Shown here: in pieces, positions 1-9,418 of the stretch
How the letters are laid out: the number at the start of each line of letters is the position of its first letter
Numbering within the stretch: the stretch's first letter is position 1
From: an uncultured Actinomycetota bacterium
GTDB taxonomy: Bacteria > Actinomycetota > Acidimicrobiia > Spongiisociales > UBA4744
Assembly: GCA_963823915.1 (NCBI GenBank)
Contig: CAWGNJ010000004.1
Location: 84,436-148,435 of the forward strand
Length of the DNA: 64,000 bases
Direction: 5' to 3'
Program-made: the position numbers and the translations under genes
The notes under the pieces: generated by a model
What the model saw: only the letters and a program-made list of their open reading frames with translations
What the model was told of the DNA's origin: nothing
Database searches by the model: none

Positions 1-282
1 GTCAACACCGAACGGGGTCTGTTCTACTTGTTGCAGCGCAAGGGTCTCGTCGACCGGGTCGTGACGGATGAGGCGATTGCCGACGCCGCCGAGCGGCCGC
101 CCCAGACCACCCGGGCACGTTTGCGAGGCGAGTTCATCAAGGCAGCCAAGGCGAAGAAGCGTGACTTCACCGTGGACTGGGTGCACCTGAAACTCAACGA
201 TCAAGCCCAGCGCACGGTGCTGTGTAAAGACCCCTTCAAAGCCACCGACGAACGAGTCGAGAAGTTGATCAATAGTCTTTAG
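1..282 (+). CDS. pafA: Pup--protein ligase PafA, C-terminal fragment (5' end outside window)
   Basis: Frame 1 is open from base 1 to TAG 280-282. The tail ...[42 protein letters not shown]...VEKLI matches the conserved PafA C-terminus. It is followed by pafB-pafC-tatA-tatC-helY as in mycobacteria. Confidence 0.85.
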   Translation, partial: VNTERGLFYLLQRKGLVDRVVTDEAIADAAERPPQTTRARLRGEFIKAAKAKKRDFTVDWVHLKLNDQAQRTVLCKDPFKATDERVEKLINSL

Positions 283-322
283 TTTCTCGTTTCTCGTCAA
301 GCGCGAACGAGGAACGAGGAAC
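282..322 (+). terminator. Stem-loop directly after the pafA stop (16-bp stem, no U-tract)
   Basis: GTTTCTCGTTTCTCGT (282-297) pairs with ACGAGGAACGAGGAAC (307-322), including 2 G-U pairs, around a 9-nt loop. Each arm is a tandem heptamer duplication. Confidence 0.45.
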
Positions 323-375
323 GCTCTTCATGGTCCTTCCCGCTTGAACCTGCTCCCCATACACTTACTCCTGCA

Positions 376-1296
376 ATGAAACGAGTTATCGAACGTCTTC
401 TCAATCTTCTGGCTTTCCTGCTCACGGCCGGCCGACCGGTTTCCGCCGACGAGATCCGCATGACGGTGGCGGGCTACGACCAGGACAACGATGAGGCATT
501 CCGCCGGATGTTCGAACGCGACAAAGATCTGCTGCGCAATATGGGAATCCCCCTCGAATTGGCCCCTACCGACGTTTGGGAGGTGGAGTTCGGTTACGTG
601 GTGCCTCGCGACGAGTATGAGTTGCCCGACCCAGGTCTGACCGATGAGGAAAGGGCAGCTTTGTGGCTGTCCGCCCAGGTTGTCCGCTTGGGTGGACAAC
701 CCTCTGGACCCGAGGCCCTGTTGAAGCTGGGCGGTGGAGCAATGTCGGGCGCCGGGGAACCGCTGGCCGCCGACCTCGGTGAATCGGCAGCTTCGCTGGT
801 GGTGGCGTTCCAAAGCATCTCCGAGCGGCGCTTGCTCAGTTTCGACTACCGGGGGCGACGCCGCCGGGTCCAACCCTACGGGCTGCTCCATCAACGCGGC
901 CATTGGTATCTGGCCGCCTCCGAGGGCGGCGAGACCCGGGCCTACCGGGTGGATCGTGGGTCTGATTTCTCCGTAGAGGGCCCTCCGCAAGCCTTCGAAC
1001 GCCCGGCCGGTTTTCGGATACGTGACGCCCTGCCATCTCTCCCGTGGCAGGCGGGCGACGAGGATCTGGAGGCAGTGGTTCTGTTCGATGCCGAAGTCGC
1101 CTGGTGGGCCAGGCGGCAGCTTGCCGAACCCGCCGTCGAGCAACCAGACGGCAGTCTCGAGGCCCGGATCCGGGTAGCCAACCCGGCGGCCTTCATCGGG
1201 TGGCTGCTGGCTTTCGAAGAGCACGCCGAGATCATCGGACCGGAGGAGCTGCGTTCCCAGTTGCTGCAATTGGTAGGGGAATCGAACGATGAGTAG
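376..1296 (+). CDS. pafB: PafB-like WYL-domain transcriptional regulator (HTH + WYL)
   Basis: 306-aa ORF with an N-terminal HTH-like region and a WYL-type core (HWYL...YRVDR). It sits immediately after pafA and overlaps the next paralogous ORF by 8 nt. Confidence 0.85.
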   Translation: MKRVIERLLNLLAFLLTAGRPVSADEIRMTVAGYDQDNDEAFRRMFERDKDLLRNMGIPLELAPTDVWEVEFGYVVPRDEYELPDPGLTDEERAALWLSAQVVRLGGQPSGPEALLKLGGGAMSGAGEPLAADLGESAASLVVAFQSISERRLLSFDYRGRRRRVQPYGLLHQRGHWYLAASEGGETRAYRVDRGSDFSVEGPPQAFERPAGFRIRDALPSLPWQAGDEDLEAVVLFDAEVAWWARRQLAEPAVEQPDGSLEARIRVANPAAFIGWLLAFEEHAEIIGPEELRSQLLQLVGESNDE

Positions 1297-2218
1297 GACC
1301 GCGCAACGCCTGGTTCGCATCCTGTCGATGGTCCCCTGGGTGATTGCCAACCAGGGGGCCGGGGTCGATGAGGTGTGCCGGCGGTTCGGGTACACCGAGC
1401 GGGAACTTCTCGAGGATCTCAATCTGGTTTTTGTTTGTGGGTTGCCCGGCTATGGACCCGGCGACCTGATGGTGGCCTACGTCGAGAACGACGAAGTGAT
1501 CGTCGACATGGCTGAATACTTCTCCAAGCCCCTCCGTTTGACCCCGGCTGAAGCTCTGGGTTTGCTTGCCTCAGGCTCGGCGCTGATCAGCACCTCCCAA
1601 GCCCCGGAAGCGCTGGAGAGGGCCGTCGACAAACTGGCGGCGGCTCTCGGCTTCGACGCTGATGAAGCGATCGTGGTCGATCTGGCCGGCGAGTCCGCCC
1701 TGGTCCAGCTTCTCCGCCAGGGAGTGACCGAAACGCGGGTGATGGCACTGACGTACACCTCGCTTGGCAAAGGCGAGACCCGAGAGCGGCTCGTCGAACC
1801 ATGGTCCGTCTTCTCGACCCTCGGCAACTGGTATCTATCCGGGTTCTGCCGAACGGCCGGCGGCGAGCGGGTCTTTCGGGTCGACCGTATCCAAGAGGCC
1901 CGACCGACCGACGAAACCTTCATTCCCCCGTCCGACCCGCCGCCTCCGGAAGTCCGGTACACGCCCTCGGAGGACGACGTACGGGCCACCATCCGGTTGG
2001 GCGAGCGGGCCCGATGGGTGGCCGAGTACTACCCGGTCGAGGTCCTGTCGGATTCGGGTTCTGAAATGCTGATCGAATTCTCCGCCGCGGATCCGTCCGT
2101 AGCGGCCAGGTTGCTCCTGCGATTGGGAGCCGATGCGCAACTCGTCGCCGGTCCCGAAACCAAGACGGCCCTGGCCGCTCTGCGGGACCGTATCCTCGCT
2201 CGATACCAGGAGCGCTAG
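1289..2218 (+). CDS. pafC: PafC-like WYL-domain transcriptional regulator
   Basis: 309-aa paralogue of the preceding ORF (NWYLSGFC...FRVDRI). Position is conserved between pafB and tatA. Confidence 0.85.
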   Translation: MSRTAQRLVRILSMVPWVIANQGAGVDEVCRRFGYTERELLEDLNLVFVCGLPGYGPGDLMVAYVENDEVIVDMAEYFSKPLRLTPAEALGLLASGSALISTSQAPEALERAVDKLAAALGFDADEAIVVDLAGESALVQLLRQGVTETRVMALTYTSLGKGETRERLVEPWSVFSTLGNWYLSGFCRTAGGERVFRVDRIQEARPTDETFIPPSDPPPPEVRYTPSEDDVRATIRLGERARWVAEYYPVEVLSDSGSEMLIEFSAADPSVAARLLLRLGADAQLVAGPETKTALAALRDRILARYQER

Positions 2219-2318
2219 CCCGAACTAGTGCGCACGGACTATTTGTAGATAGTCCCTTCAGGCGATGGCCCCTCCGGCCGATAAACCGTGTGTACGAAGC
2301 GGTTAGCGGAGAACCCGA

Positions 2319-2621
2319 ATGACCACCATCAAGACGACATGTGAACGGTGCGGAGACATTGAGCTCGAGCCCGGCGATCTATCCCTCGAACTGGATCCGA
2401 CCCAGGAATCCGGCAGCTACCTGTTCACCTGCCCGAGTTGCATCGGCTTGCAACGCCGACCCGCCAACCCCCGAGTCGTCAATGTGCTGCTCGCCACTGG
2501 CGTCAGCTTCGAAGTAGTAACTCCCTCACCGATCGAGAATCCGATCACTGAAGCCGAAATCGACGCTTTCGCCCACCGGCTCGACAGTGAAGAGGACCTT
2601 CTCCGGTTGCTCACCTACTGA
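2319..2621 (+). CDS. Hypothetical small protein with a CxxC...CxxC zinc-ribbon
   Basis: 100-aa ORF with coding-like composition and CERCG...CPSC motifs. No family recognised. Confidence 0.5.
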   Translation: MTTIKTTCERCGDIELEPGDLSLELDPTQESGSYLFTCPSCIGLQRRPANPRVVNVLLATGVSFEVVTPSPIENPITEAEIDAFAHRLDSEEDLLRLLTY

Positions 2622-2725
2622 GAACCAGCCTGCTCGGAGAGCAGTTCGAACCGCCGTCTTCCCTCGCCAATGGCCGTCTGACCGTGTGGTGACGATCCCT
2701 ATCCCGTTAGCATGCCGCCTGCGCC

Positions 2726-3085
2726 ATGTTCGACTCTATTAGCTTCACCGAACTCATCACCATCCTGTTGATCGCGCTCGTCGTGTTTGGTCCTCAGAAG
2801 CTCCCCGATCTGGCCCGCCAGGCCGGTAAGTGGGCGCGAGAGATCCGCCGGACGGCCTCCGAGTTTCGTCGCGGACTCGACAAGGAAGTTGGTGACCTCA
2901 AGGAGCCTTTCAAAGAGGTGAAGGCCGACTTCGACAAAGCCAAGGACGAGCTGCAAGCAGCCGGCGACGAGGTCAAGAAGTCCGTCGAGTGGGTTGGCCC
3001 ACCCCCGGTGGTGGGCCCCTCTCCCGAGGAGGCCGTGGCGGACCAGCCGCCCGAAGGGCCGGAAACGCCGGAGGGGCCGAAGTGA
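2726..3085 (+). CDS. tatA: Twin-arginine translocase TatA/E family protein
   Basis: The N-terminus ELITILLIALVVFGPQKLPDLARQAGKWARE is the TatA TM-hinge-amphipathic helix signature. It overlaps tatC by GTGA. Confidence 0.85.
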   Translation: MFDSISFTELITILLIALVVFGPQKLPDLARQAGKWAREIRRTASEFRRGLDKEVGDLKEPFKEVKADFDKAKDELQAAGDEVKKSVEWVGPPPVVGPSPEEAVADQPPEGPETPEGPK

Positions 3086-3798
3086 CTGAAGAGCGGCGCC
3101 AGCCGATTCTCGAGCACCTCGAAGAGCTTCGGTGGCGTTTGGTCAAAGGCGCGGCGGCCTTGCTGGTCGGCGCGGTTATTGCCTTCTTCTTTCGAGACTG
3201 GCTGTTCGAGCTGCTCGAGAGCCCGTACCGCAAAGCGATAGATGACAGCGATGCCCTGGCCCAATTCCAGGTAACCGAAGGGTTCTCGGTGGCAATGCGT
3301 CTCGCCCTGTTCGGAGGTGTGCTGCTGGCCAGCCCGGTACTGCTCTACCAGATCTGGGCATTCGTGAACCCTGCCCTGACGAACCGCGAACGAAAGTGGA
3401 CCGTGCCCATCGCGTCGGCCCTGGCGGTGCTGTTCACCGGCGGTGTGGTATTCGGGTATCTCATCCTGCCGCGGGGTTTGGAGTTTCTGCTTGGGATCCA
3501 GGGGGGTCTCGACCCCATCATCGGGGTCGGGAGCTACATCTCGTTGACCCTTCGATTCCTACTGGTTTTTGGCCTCGCATTTGAGTTCCCGGTGTTCCTT
3601 TTTGCGGCGGCAGCCGCCGGGCTTCTGTCATCGCAACAGCTGGCGCAGGGACGGCGCTGGGCAGTGCTGGCCATCGTGGTAGTCGGGGCCGTGGTAACTC
3701 CGACCGGTGACCCTCTTACCTTGTTGGCCCTCTCGGTTCCGCTTTACCTGTTGTACGAGGTAACGATCTGGCTGGTCAAACTCATTTTGCGGAAATGA
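3082..3798 (+). CDS. tatC: Twin-arginine translocase subunit TatC
   Basis: GTG at 3082 overlaps the tatA stop. ILEHLEELRWRL plus six predicted TM helices is typical TatC. The track ORF start at 2989 lies inside tatA and was not used. Confidence 0.9.
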   Translation: MTEERRQPILEHLEELRWRLVKGAAALLVGAVIAFFFRDWLFELLESPYRKAIDDSDALAQFQVTEGFSVAMRLALFGGVLLASPVLLYQIWAFVNPALTNRERKWTVPIASALAVLFTGGVVFGYLILPRGLEFLLGIQGGLDPIIGVGSYISLTLRFLLVFGLAFEFPVFLFAAAAAGLLSSQQLAQGRRWAVLAIVVVGAVVTPTGDPLTLLALSVPLYLLYEVTIWLVKLILRK

Positions 3799-6344
3799 GC
3801 TTGACGGCCTTCTTCGCGAACCTGCCGTTCCGTCCTGACCCTTTCCAGCAACATGCTGCCGAGGCCATCGAATCCGGCGCCTCGGTCGTAGTGGCCGCGC
3901 CGACCGGCTCGGGCAAGACTCTGGTGGCCGAAGTCGCAGTTCACCTGGCCCTGGAAAGGGGTCGGCGGGCGTTCTACACAACCCCCCTCAAGGCTCTTTC
4001 CAACCAGAAGTTCTCGGACTTCAGAGAGGCATACGGCCCCGATCGGGTCGGGTTGCTCACCGGTGACAATTCCATCAACGGCTCCGCGCCGATCGTGGTG
4101 ATGACGACCGAAGTGCTGCGCAACATGATCTACACGGATCCGGCGGCTCTTGATGCCCTCGACACGGTGATCCTCGATGAAGTGCACTATCTGCAGGACC
4201 GCTTCCGGGGGGCAGTCTGGGAGGAAGTCATCATCCATGCCCCACCGCACATACAACTGGTCTGCCTGTCGGCCACGGTCTCGAACGCCGATGAGTTCAC
4301 GGATTGGGTGCGGGCCAGGCGCGGTCCGACGGCACTCGTCCTCGAGGAAACCCGCCCGGTCCCCTTGGAGAGCCTGTACGCCGTCAAGGACCGGTTTGCG
4401 GAAGACAAGCTGGTCATCGAACCGATGCTGGTCCGGCACAAGAGTCGGATGGAGCCCAACCCGGACATCGTCAGGATGCTGGCCCGCAAGCGCAGCCGGC
4501 GCCGCTACGCAACCCCACGGCGTGGTGAGGTGATTTCTGCTCTGGCCGCCGCGGAGATGCTCCCGGCCATCTATTTCATCTTTAGCAGGGCGGGATGCGA
4601 GGATGCCGCCGGACGGCTGGCCGAGAGCGGGATGAAGCTCACCACGCCGGACGAACGGTTGGCCATCCGCCGGCAGGCCGAACTGCGGACGGGCCATCTC
4701 GATAGCCAGGATCTCGCGGTGCTCGGCTACGACCGTTGGCTCTCCCAACTGCAGGCAGGAGTTGGAGCCCACCACGCCGGTTTGGTGCCGGCGTTCAAGG
4801 AGACGGTCGAGGATCTCTTCCTGGAAGGGCTGATCAAGGTGGTATTCGCCACCGAAACACTTTCGCTGGGCATAAATATGCCCGCCAAGTCTGTCGTGCT
4901 CGAGAACCTGTCACGTTTCACCGGTGAGACCCATGAAGTACTCCGTCCGGGTGACTACACGCAGTTGACCGGCCGGGCCGGTCGGCGGGGAATCGACAAC
5001 CGGGGCTACGGAGTCGTGCTCTACTCGAGGTTCCTTGAATTCGATAGGGTGGCCGGGATTGCTTCGGCCGGATCCCACGCCCTCCGATCCAGCTTTCGTC
5101 CTACCTACAACATGGCGGCCAACCTGGTTGCCAACTATCCCCAGGCTGATGCCGAGCGCCTCCTCAACGCTTCATACGGCCAATACCAGCGCCGCCGCAC
5201 CACCTCTTCATTGCGTCGCGCTCTGGCCAAACAAAGCAAACGCCTGACCGACTTGCAGAACGACGCCCAATGCGAACGTGGGGATGTTCAGGAATATCTC
5301 CAGGTCGTCCGCAGCTCTCCGGGCACCGGTCACAAGAAGGTGATTGGGGCCTTCATGCGCACCCTGCAACCCGGTCACGTCCTGGAGATTCCCGGCGGCA
5401 AACGATCGGGTAGATATGTGGTTGTCAAACAATGGCGGGGGGGTGAGCCGTACCGGGTAGTCGTCGTATCGGCCAAGGGGGCGGTGGCCCAGTTCAAGGC
5501 GGGCGATTTGAGTCCCGGCACGGCCCGCATCGGTGTCTTGCCGCTTCCCAAGCCGTACCAACCCGGCGATTCTCGCTATCAACAGGCGGTAGCCGAAGCT
5601 TTGCGTGACTTTCGGCCAACGGGGTCCGAACGGGTGTTGCCCCGGCAACCGGACCAGACGAACGACCATCCGGTGGCGTCGTGTCCGGATCGTGCCGACC
5701 ATGTCAAAGCGGCCCGAATGGCCACCCGCGCCGCCAAGGAAATCTCCAGACTGAACCATCAACTTGTTCTCGAAGGTGAAGGTTTGGTCGGGGAGTTTCA
5801 CGCCATCCTCGACCTTCTCGAAGAATGGGGTTACATCGATGGCTGGAGCTTGACCGCGACCGGCGACGGATTGCGGTTGATCTATAACGAGCTCGATCTG
5901 CTCTTGGCCGACGCGATCGCCGGCGGTTGTTTCCTGGGTCTCGATCCTGCCGAAACTGCCGCGTTCGCTTCGTGCTTCGTGTTCGAACCGAGAGGCGAAC
6001 AGGTCGAAGGTCGCTTGCCAACCGCCCAGCTCGAAGAGAGGTGGGGAGGTCTCATGGATCGCTCCAACAAACTCCGCATGGCCGAGCGCGGTCGAAGATT
6101 GCCGGAGACCCGGGAACCGAATCCTGGATTTGTCGACCTGGCCTTTGCTTGGGCCCACGGAACGGATCTCGACACACTGCTCGGTGAAGACGACCTGGCT
6201 GCCGGTGATTTTGTCAGGACCTGTCGGCAGTTACTCGATCTCCTGCGCCAGGTACGCGATGCCGAACCCGCCCTCCGCGAGCAAACCAGCGTGGCATTAC
6301 GTATGCTCGATCGCGGAGTGGTGGCGGCCGGAGGTCTGATATGA
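3795..6344 (+). CDS. helY: DEAD/DEAH-box Ski2-like RNA helicase HelY
   Basis: 849 aa with Walker A AAPTGSGKT, a DEVH box and a Ski2/DSHCT-like C-terminal region. Conserved position after tatC. Confidence 0.85.
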   Translation: MSLTAFFANLPFRPDPFQQHAAEAIESGASVVVAAPTGSGKTLVAEVAVHLALERGRRAFYTTPLKALSNQKFSDFREAYGPDRVGLLTGDNSINGSAPIVVMTTEVLRNMIYTDPAALDALDTVILDEVHYLQDRFRGAVWEEVIIHAPPHIQLVCLSATVSNADEFTDWVRARRGPTALVLEETRPVPLESLYAVKDRFAEDKLVIEPMLVRHKSRMEPNPDIVRMLARKRSRRRYATPRRGEVISALAAAEMLPAIYFIFSRAGCEDAAGRLAESGMKLTTPDERLAIRRQAELRTGHLDSQDLAVLGYDRWLSQLQAGVGAHHAGLVPAFKETVEDLFLEGLIKVVFATETLSLGINMPAKSVVLENLSRFTGETHEVLRPGDYTQLTGRAGRRGIDNRGYGVVLYSRFLEFDRVAGIASAGSHALRSSFRPTYNMAANLVANYPQADAERLLNASYGQYQRRRTTSSLRRALAKQSKRLTDLQNDAQCERGDVQEYLQVVRSSPGTGHKKVIGAFMRTLQPGHVLEIPGGKRSGRYVVVKQWRGGEPYRVVVVSAKGAVAQFKAGDLSPGTARIGVLPLPKPYQPGDSRYQQAVAEALRDFRPTGSERVLPRQPDQTNDHPVASCPDRADHVKAARMATRAAKEISRLNHQLVLEGEGLVGEFHAILDLLEEWGYIDGWSLTATGDGLRLIYNELDLLLADAIAGGCFLGLDPAETAAFASCFVFEPRGEQVEGRLPTAQLEERWGGLMDRSNKLRMAERGRRLPETREPNPGFVDLAFAWAHGTDLDTLLGEDDLAAGDFVRTCRQLLDLLRQVRDAEPALREQTSVALRMLDRGVVAAGGLI

Positions 6345-7225
6345 ACGACTGGTTGGTCGTGGCGAATCCCTACGCCGGCAAACGGCAGGAAATCGCGGAA
6401 CGGACCCGCCAGGCGCTGGCTGCCCGTCGGATTGACGCTGAGATTGTCACTCCGTACGGCGAAGCCGAAGTCCGTCAGTGCATTGATGAGGCAGTCGCCG
6501 GCGGTTGCAGCCGGGTCGTGGCGGCCGGAGGCGACGGAACGATCAATCTGGTCGTCGGGGCGCTGATGCAACATCGCTGGGAGCATCCGCCAACTCTGGG
6601 CGTGCTTCCCGCCGGATCAGGGTCTGATTTCGTCAGGACATTTGGGATCTCCCAACGCCTCGAGGATGCCGCCCGTCACTTGGAAGGTGGACAGGTCTAC
6701 CTGTCTGATGTCGGGGTTTTGCGGGGCAGTTGGGGAGAGCGTCACTTCATCAACGTGGCCGATGCCGGGGTGCTGGCCGCCCTGGTCCAGCGAGCCGAAC
6801 GACTGCCCCGCTGGTTGGGTTCGGCTCGCTACCACGTGGCTCTGCCGCTGGTGTATCCAACCTTCCCGGCCGCGGAGATCCACCTGGTGGCGGGCCGTCG
6901 AACCTACGAAGGTCCTGCCTTGTTGGTGGTGTTCGGGAACGCCCAGTTCTTCGGGGGCGGTTGGAATATCGCGCCGCGGGCGACGGTTACCGATGGCCTG
7001 TTTGACATGCAAGTGTTCAACGCCCCGAAACGAGACATTCCCCGGCTATGGTGGCGCGCCAAGAACGGTGATCACCTCAATGACAAGAGGGTCCGAAGAT
7101 TCACTGCTGGCCGCTTCACCCTGGAGACTGATCCGCAGTGGCCGGTAGAGGCCGATGGCGAGTTCTTCGGCTCCGGCCGGGTAGAAGGCGAGATTCTGCC
7201 GGGGGCCATCAACATAAAGATCTAG
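6341..7225 (+). CDS. Diacylglycerol/lipid kinase family protein
   Basis: 294 aa with the DAGK catalytic motif AAGGDGTINLVV. The ATG overlaps the helY stop. Confidence 0.8.
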   Translation: MNDWLVVANPYAGKRQEIAERTRQALAARRIDAEIVTPYGEAEVRQCIDEAVAGGCSRVVAAGGDGTINLVVGALMQHRWEHPPTLGVLPAGSGSDFVRTFGISQRLEDAARHLEGGQVYLSDVGVLRGSWGERHFINVADAGVLAALVQRAERLPRWLGSARYHVALPLVYPTFPAAEIHLVAGRRTYEGPALLVVFGNAQFFGGGWNIAPRATVTDGLFDMQVFNAPKRDIPRLWWRAKNGDHLNDKRVRRFTAGRFTLETDPQWPVEADGEFFGSGRVEGEILPGAINIKI

Positions 7226-7254
7226 GAGATAGCTGGGAGGAGCGAACCAGCCGC

Positions 7255-7283
7255 CGGGAGGGTATATACTCCCGCCGCTTTTT
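7255..7283 (+). terminator. Weak intrinsic terminator candidate
   Basis: CGGGAG (7255-7260) pairs with CTCCCG (7269-7274). A TTTTT run follows at 7279-7283, downstream of the lipid kinase stop. Confidence 0.3.
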
Positions 7284-7297
7284 GAACCGGAGGAGAC

Positions 7298-7741
7298 ATG
7301 GCCCGCAAGGATGAGGCACTCGGAGAGTCGGACGTCATTGTCGAAGACGAAGACGACGAAGTCGACGAGGTTGTCGATGACATCGAAGACCTCGAGGAAG
7401 TCGAGGAGCTCGACACTGATGAGGTCCTCGACGTTGACGTCGAAGAGGACGAAGTTGTGGACGTCAAGGACGAAGACGGCGACAGCGCCGACGACGAAAC
7501 CGACGAAGCGCTTGACGAGCTCGAGGCCGAAGAACTCGAACTCCTCGCGGAGGAAGCCGCCCAATCCTTGATGGTCGACGAAGCCGCCGAATTGCGAGAA
7601 ATCCGCCGGGCGGAACTTGCTTTGAATGTCGGAGCGCAAGAGGCTCGAGTCGACGAATTCGTTTGTTCATCTTGCTTCCTGGTCAAACGGACCAGCCAGC
7701 TCGCCAACAAACGGAAACTCATCTGCCGCGACTGCGAATAG
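7298..7741 (+). CDS. DUF4193-like protein (very acidic N-terminal region + C-terminal zinc ribbon)
   Basis: GGAGGAG SD lies 4 nt upstream. A D/E/V-rich low-complexity half is followed by FVCSSCFLVKRTSQLANKRKLICRDCE, characteristic of actinobacterial DUF4193. Confidence 0.7.
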   Translation: MARKDEALGESDVIVEDEDDEVDEVVDDIEDLEEVEELDTDEVLDVDVEEDEVVDVKDEDGDSADDETDEALDELEAEELELLAEEAAQSLMVDEAAELREIRRAELALNVGAQEARVDEFVCSSCFLVKRTSQLANKRKLICRDCE

Positions 7742-7774
7742 CGCGGCGGTTATCCAAAGGAGGCCGTCGGAGCC

Positions 7775-8509
7775 ATGCGCGGCGCTCAGGTAACGGTTGT
7801 GGTGCCAACCTACAACGAGCGGGAAAACCTGGAGGCGTTGGTGGGGGCCGTGCTGGCGCACGGGTTCCACGTCCTGGTGGTCGATGATCGATCTCCCGAC
7901 GGGACCGGTCGCCTGGCCGATCAGATCGCTGATACCAATGAGCTGGTGAGTGTCCTGCACCGGACCGTCAAGCAGGGTCTCGGGCCTGCCTACGCCGAGG
8001 GATTTGAGCACGCCCTGGCCGGCGGCGCCGAGATCGTTTGCGAATTCGACGCCGATTTTTCTCATGATCCGGCTGATCTGCCCCGGCTGGTGGAGGCCGT
8101 GGCTTCGGGCGAGGCCGATCTGGCGATTGGGAGCCGGTATGTGAAAGGCGGTGCGACACCGGATTGGCCTCTTTTTCGCCGCCTTTTGTCGCGCGGCGGA
8201 AACTTCTATGCACGACTCATGCTCGACCTGGATGTCAGAGATTCGACCGCGGGTTTTCGGGCTTTTCGCGCCGGGGCGCTGGCCGGGTTGGAGGCCCACA
8301 CCTGTCAGGCTTCCGGATATGGTTTTCAGGTGGAGATGACCTGGCGGGCCGCGACTCAGGGGTTGCGGATCGTTGAGATTCCCATTGTGTTTCGCGACCG
8401 GGTCTACGGTGAGTCGAAGATGAAAGGCAAGATCGTTATCGAGGCGATGTGGCTGGTCACCAAGTGGGGCGCACGTCGGATCCTTCGGCGAAGTCAGGTC
8501 GCGGCGTGA
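7775..8509 (+). CDS. ppm1: GT2 polyprenol-phosphate mannosyltransferase (Ppm1/DPM-like)
   Basis: VVVPTYNERENL...VVDDRSPDGT...DADFSHDP motifs of dolichol/polyprenol-P mannose synthases. Confidence 0.8.
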   Translation: MRGAQVTVVVPTYNERENLEALVGAVLAHGFHVLVVDDRSPDGTGRLADQIADTNELVSVLHRTVKQGLGPAYAEGFEHALAGGAEIVCEFDADFSHDPADLPRLVEAVASGEADLAIGSRYVKGGATPDWPLFRRLLSRGGNFYARLMLDLDVRDSTAGFRAFRAGALAGLEAHTCQASGYGFQVEMTWRAATQGLRIVEIPIVFRDRVYGESKMKGKIVIEAMWLVTKWGARRILRRSQVAA

Positions 8510-8976
8510 TTGTGACCGCCCGCCTCGCGGAGTCGAGTGATCATGCCGAGTTGGTTCGGCTCTACGGATTGCTGGCGGCGGAGATGCGTAAGTACCACAG
8601 AATGTGGGGAATGGCCGACGGGCTACCCGAACCCGTCGCAGAGGCTGTGAAACAGGAGCTGGCGAATCCCGACACAACCATCTACCTGGGCACGATCGAC
8701 GATGTCACTCTGGGGTTCATACTGGCCCGCTCTGAGCCATTGCTTCCAGCCGCCGCGGGTGAACGAATTGGCTCTATCCGGCTGGTCTTCACCGAACCGG
8801 AAGCCCGAGAAGTTGGGGTCGCCGAAGCGATGCTGAACGCAATCCTGGAGCATTTGCGAGCAGAAGGTCACCGACTCTTTGATGCCCATGTCTTGCCCGG
8901 CCACCGGTTGGTGAAGAACTTCTTCGAGTCGGGAGGCTTTGCGGCCCGGTCGATTGTCATGCACCATCGTGATTGA
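8506..8976 (+). CDS. GNAT family N-acetyltransferase
   Basis: GTG 8506 overlaps the upstream stop (GTGA). GNAT-like acetyl-CoA region (...REVGVAEAMLNAILEHLRAEG). Confidence 0.7.
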   Translation: MIVTARLAESSDHAELVRLYGLLAAEMRKYHRMWGMADGLPEPVAEAVKQELANPDTTIYLGTIDDVTLGFILARSEPLLPAAAGERIGSIRLVFTEPEAREVGVAEAMLNAILEHLRAEGHRLFDAHVLPGHRLVKNFFESGGFAARSIVMHHRD

Positions 8977-9418
8977 GGAAAACGGACCGAGACGGCCGAC
9001 CCCGGCAGTGGGGGTGGCGGTCATCCGCGACGGGGATTTGCTCCTGGTGCGGCGGGGGCGGGGGGCCAATGCCGGGTTGTGGGCGATACCGGGTGGCAAG
9101 GTTGACTACGGCGAATCTTTACGGGCGGCGGCGGTGCGCGAGGTGCATGAGGAGACGGGCCTCGAAGTCGAACTGGGTGAAGTCGTCTGGGTGGGCGACG
9201 CCCTCGGTCCCGGCGATCCGCCCGCCTGGCATTACACCCTGGTCGATTACCGGGCCCGGGTCATCGGTGGAAACCTCCAGGCAGCCGACGACGCCCGGGA
9301 AGCGGCGTGGGTGCCCCTGGACCTGGTGCTCGACCTTCCTTTGACACCGACCATGCCCGATCTGATGGCGGTGCTGCTCGACGACTCGCCAAGGAGCGGA
9401 AATGATCCAAACGGGTGA
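8969..9418 (+). CDS. NUDIX hydrolase
   Basis: Nudix box GGKVDYGESLRAAAVREVHEETGLEV. GTG 8969 is preferred over the TTG at 8939 because it gives only a short overlap with the GNAT gene. Confidence 0.8.
   Translation: MIEENGPRRPTPAVGVAVIRDGDLLLVRRGRGANAGLWAIPGGKVDYGESLRAAAVREVHEETGLEVELGEVVWVGDALGPGDPPAWHYTLVDYRARVIGGNLQAADDAREAAWVPLDLVLDLPLTPTMPDLMAVLLDDSPRSGNDPNG

Noticed and set aside
328-1422. 364-aa minus-strand ORF opposite pafB/pafC
   Set aside because: It is an R/G/P-rich antisense shadow ORF typical of high-GC DNA. The plus strand encodes recognisable WYL regulators.
7298-7560. Repetitive GAC/GAA/GTC-rich DNA as a possible repeat array or CRISPR
   Set aside because: It is in-frame codon-level low complexity encoding the acidic region of a DUF4193 protein. 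There is no repeat-spacer periodicity.
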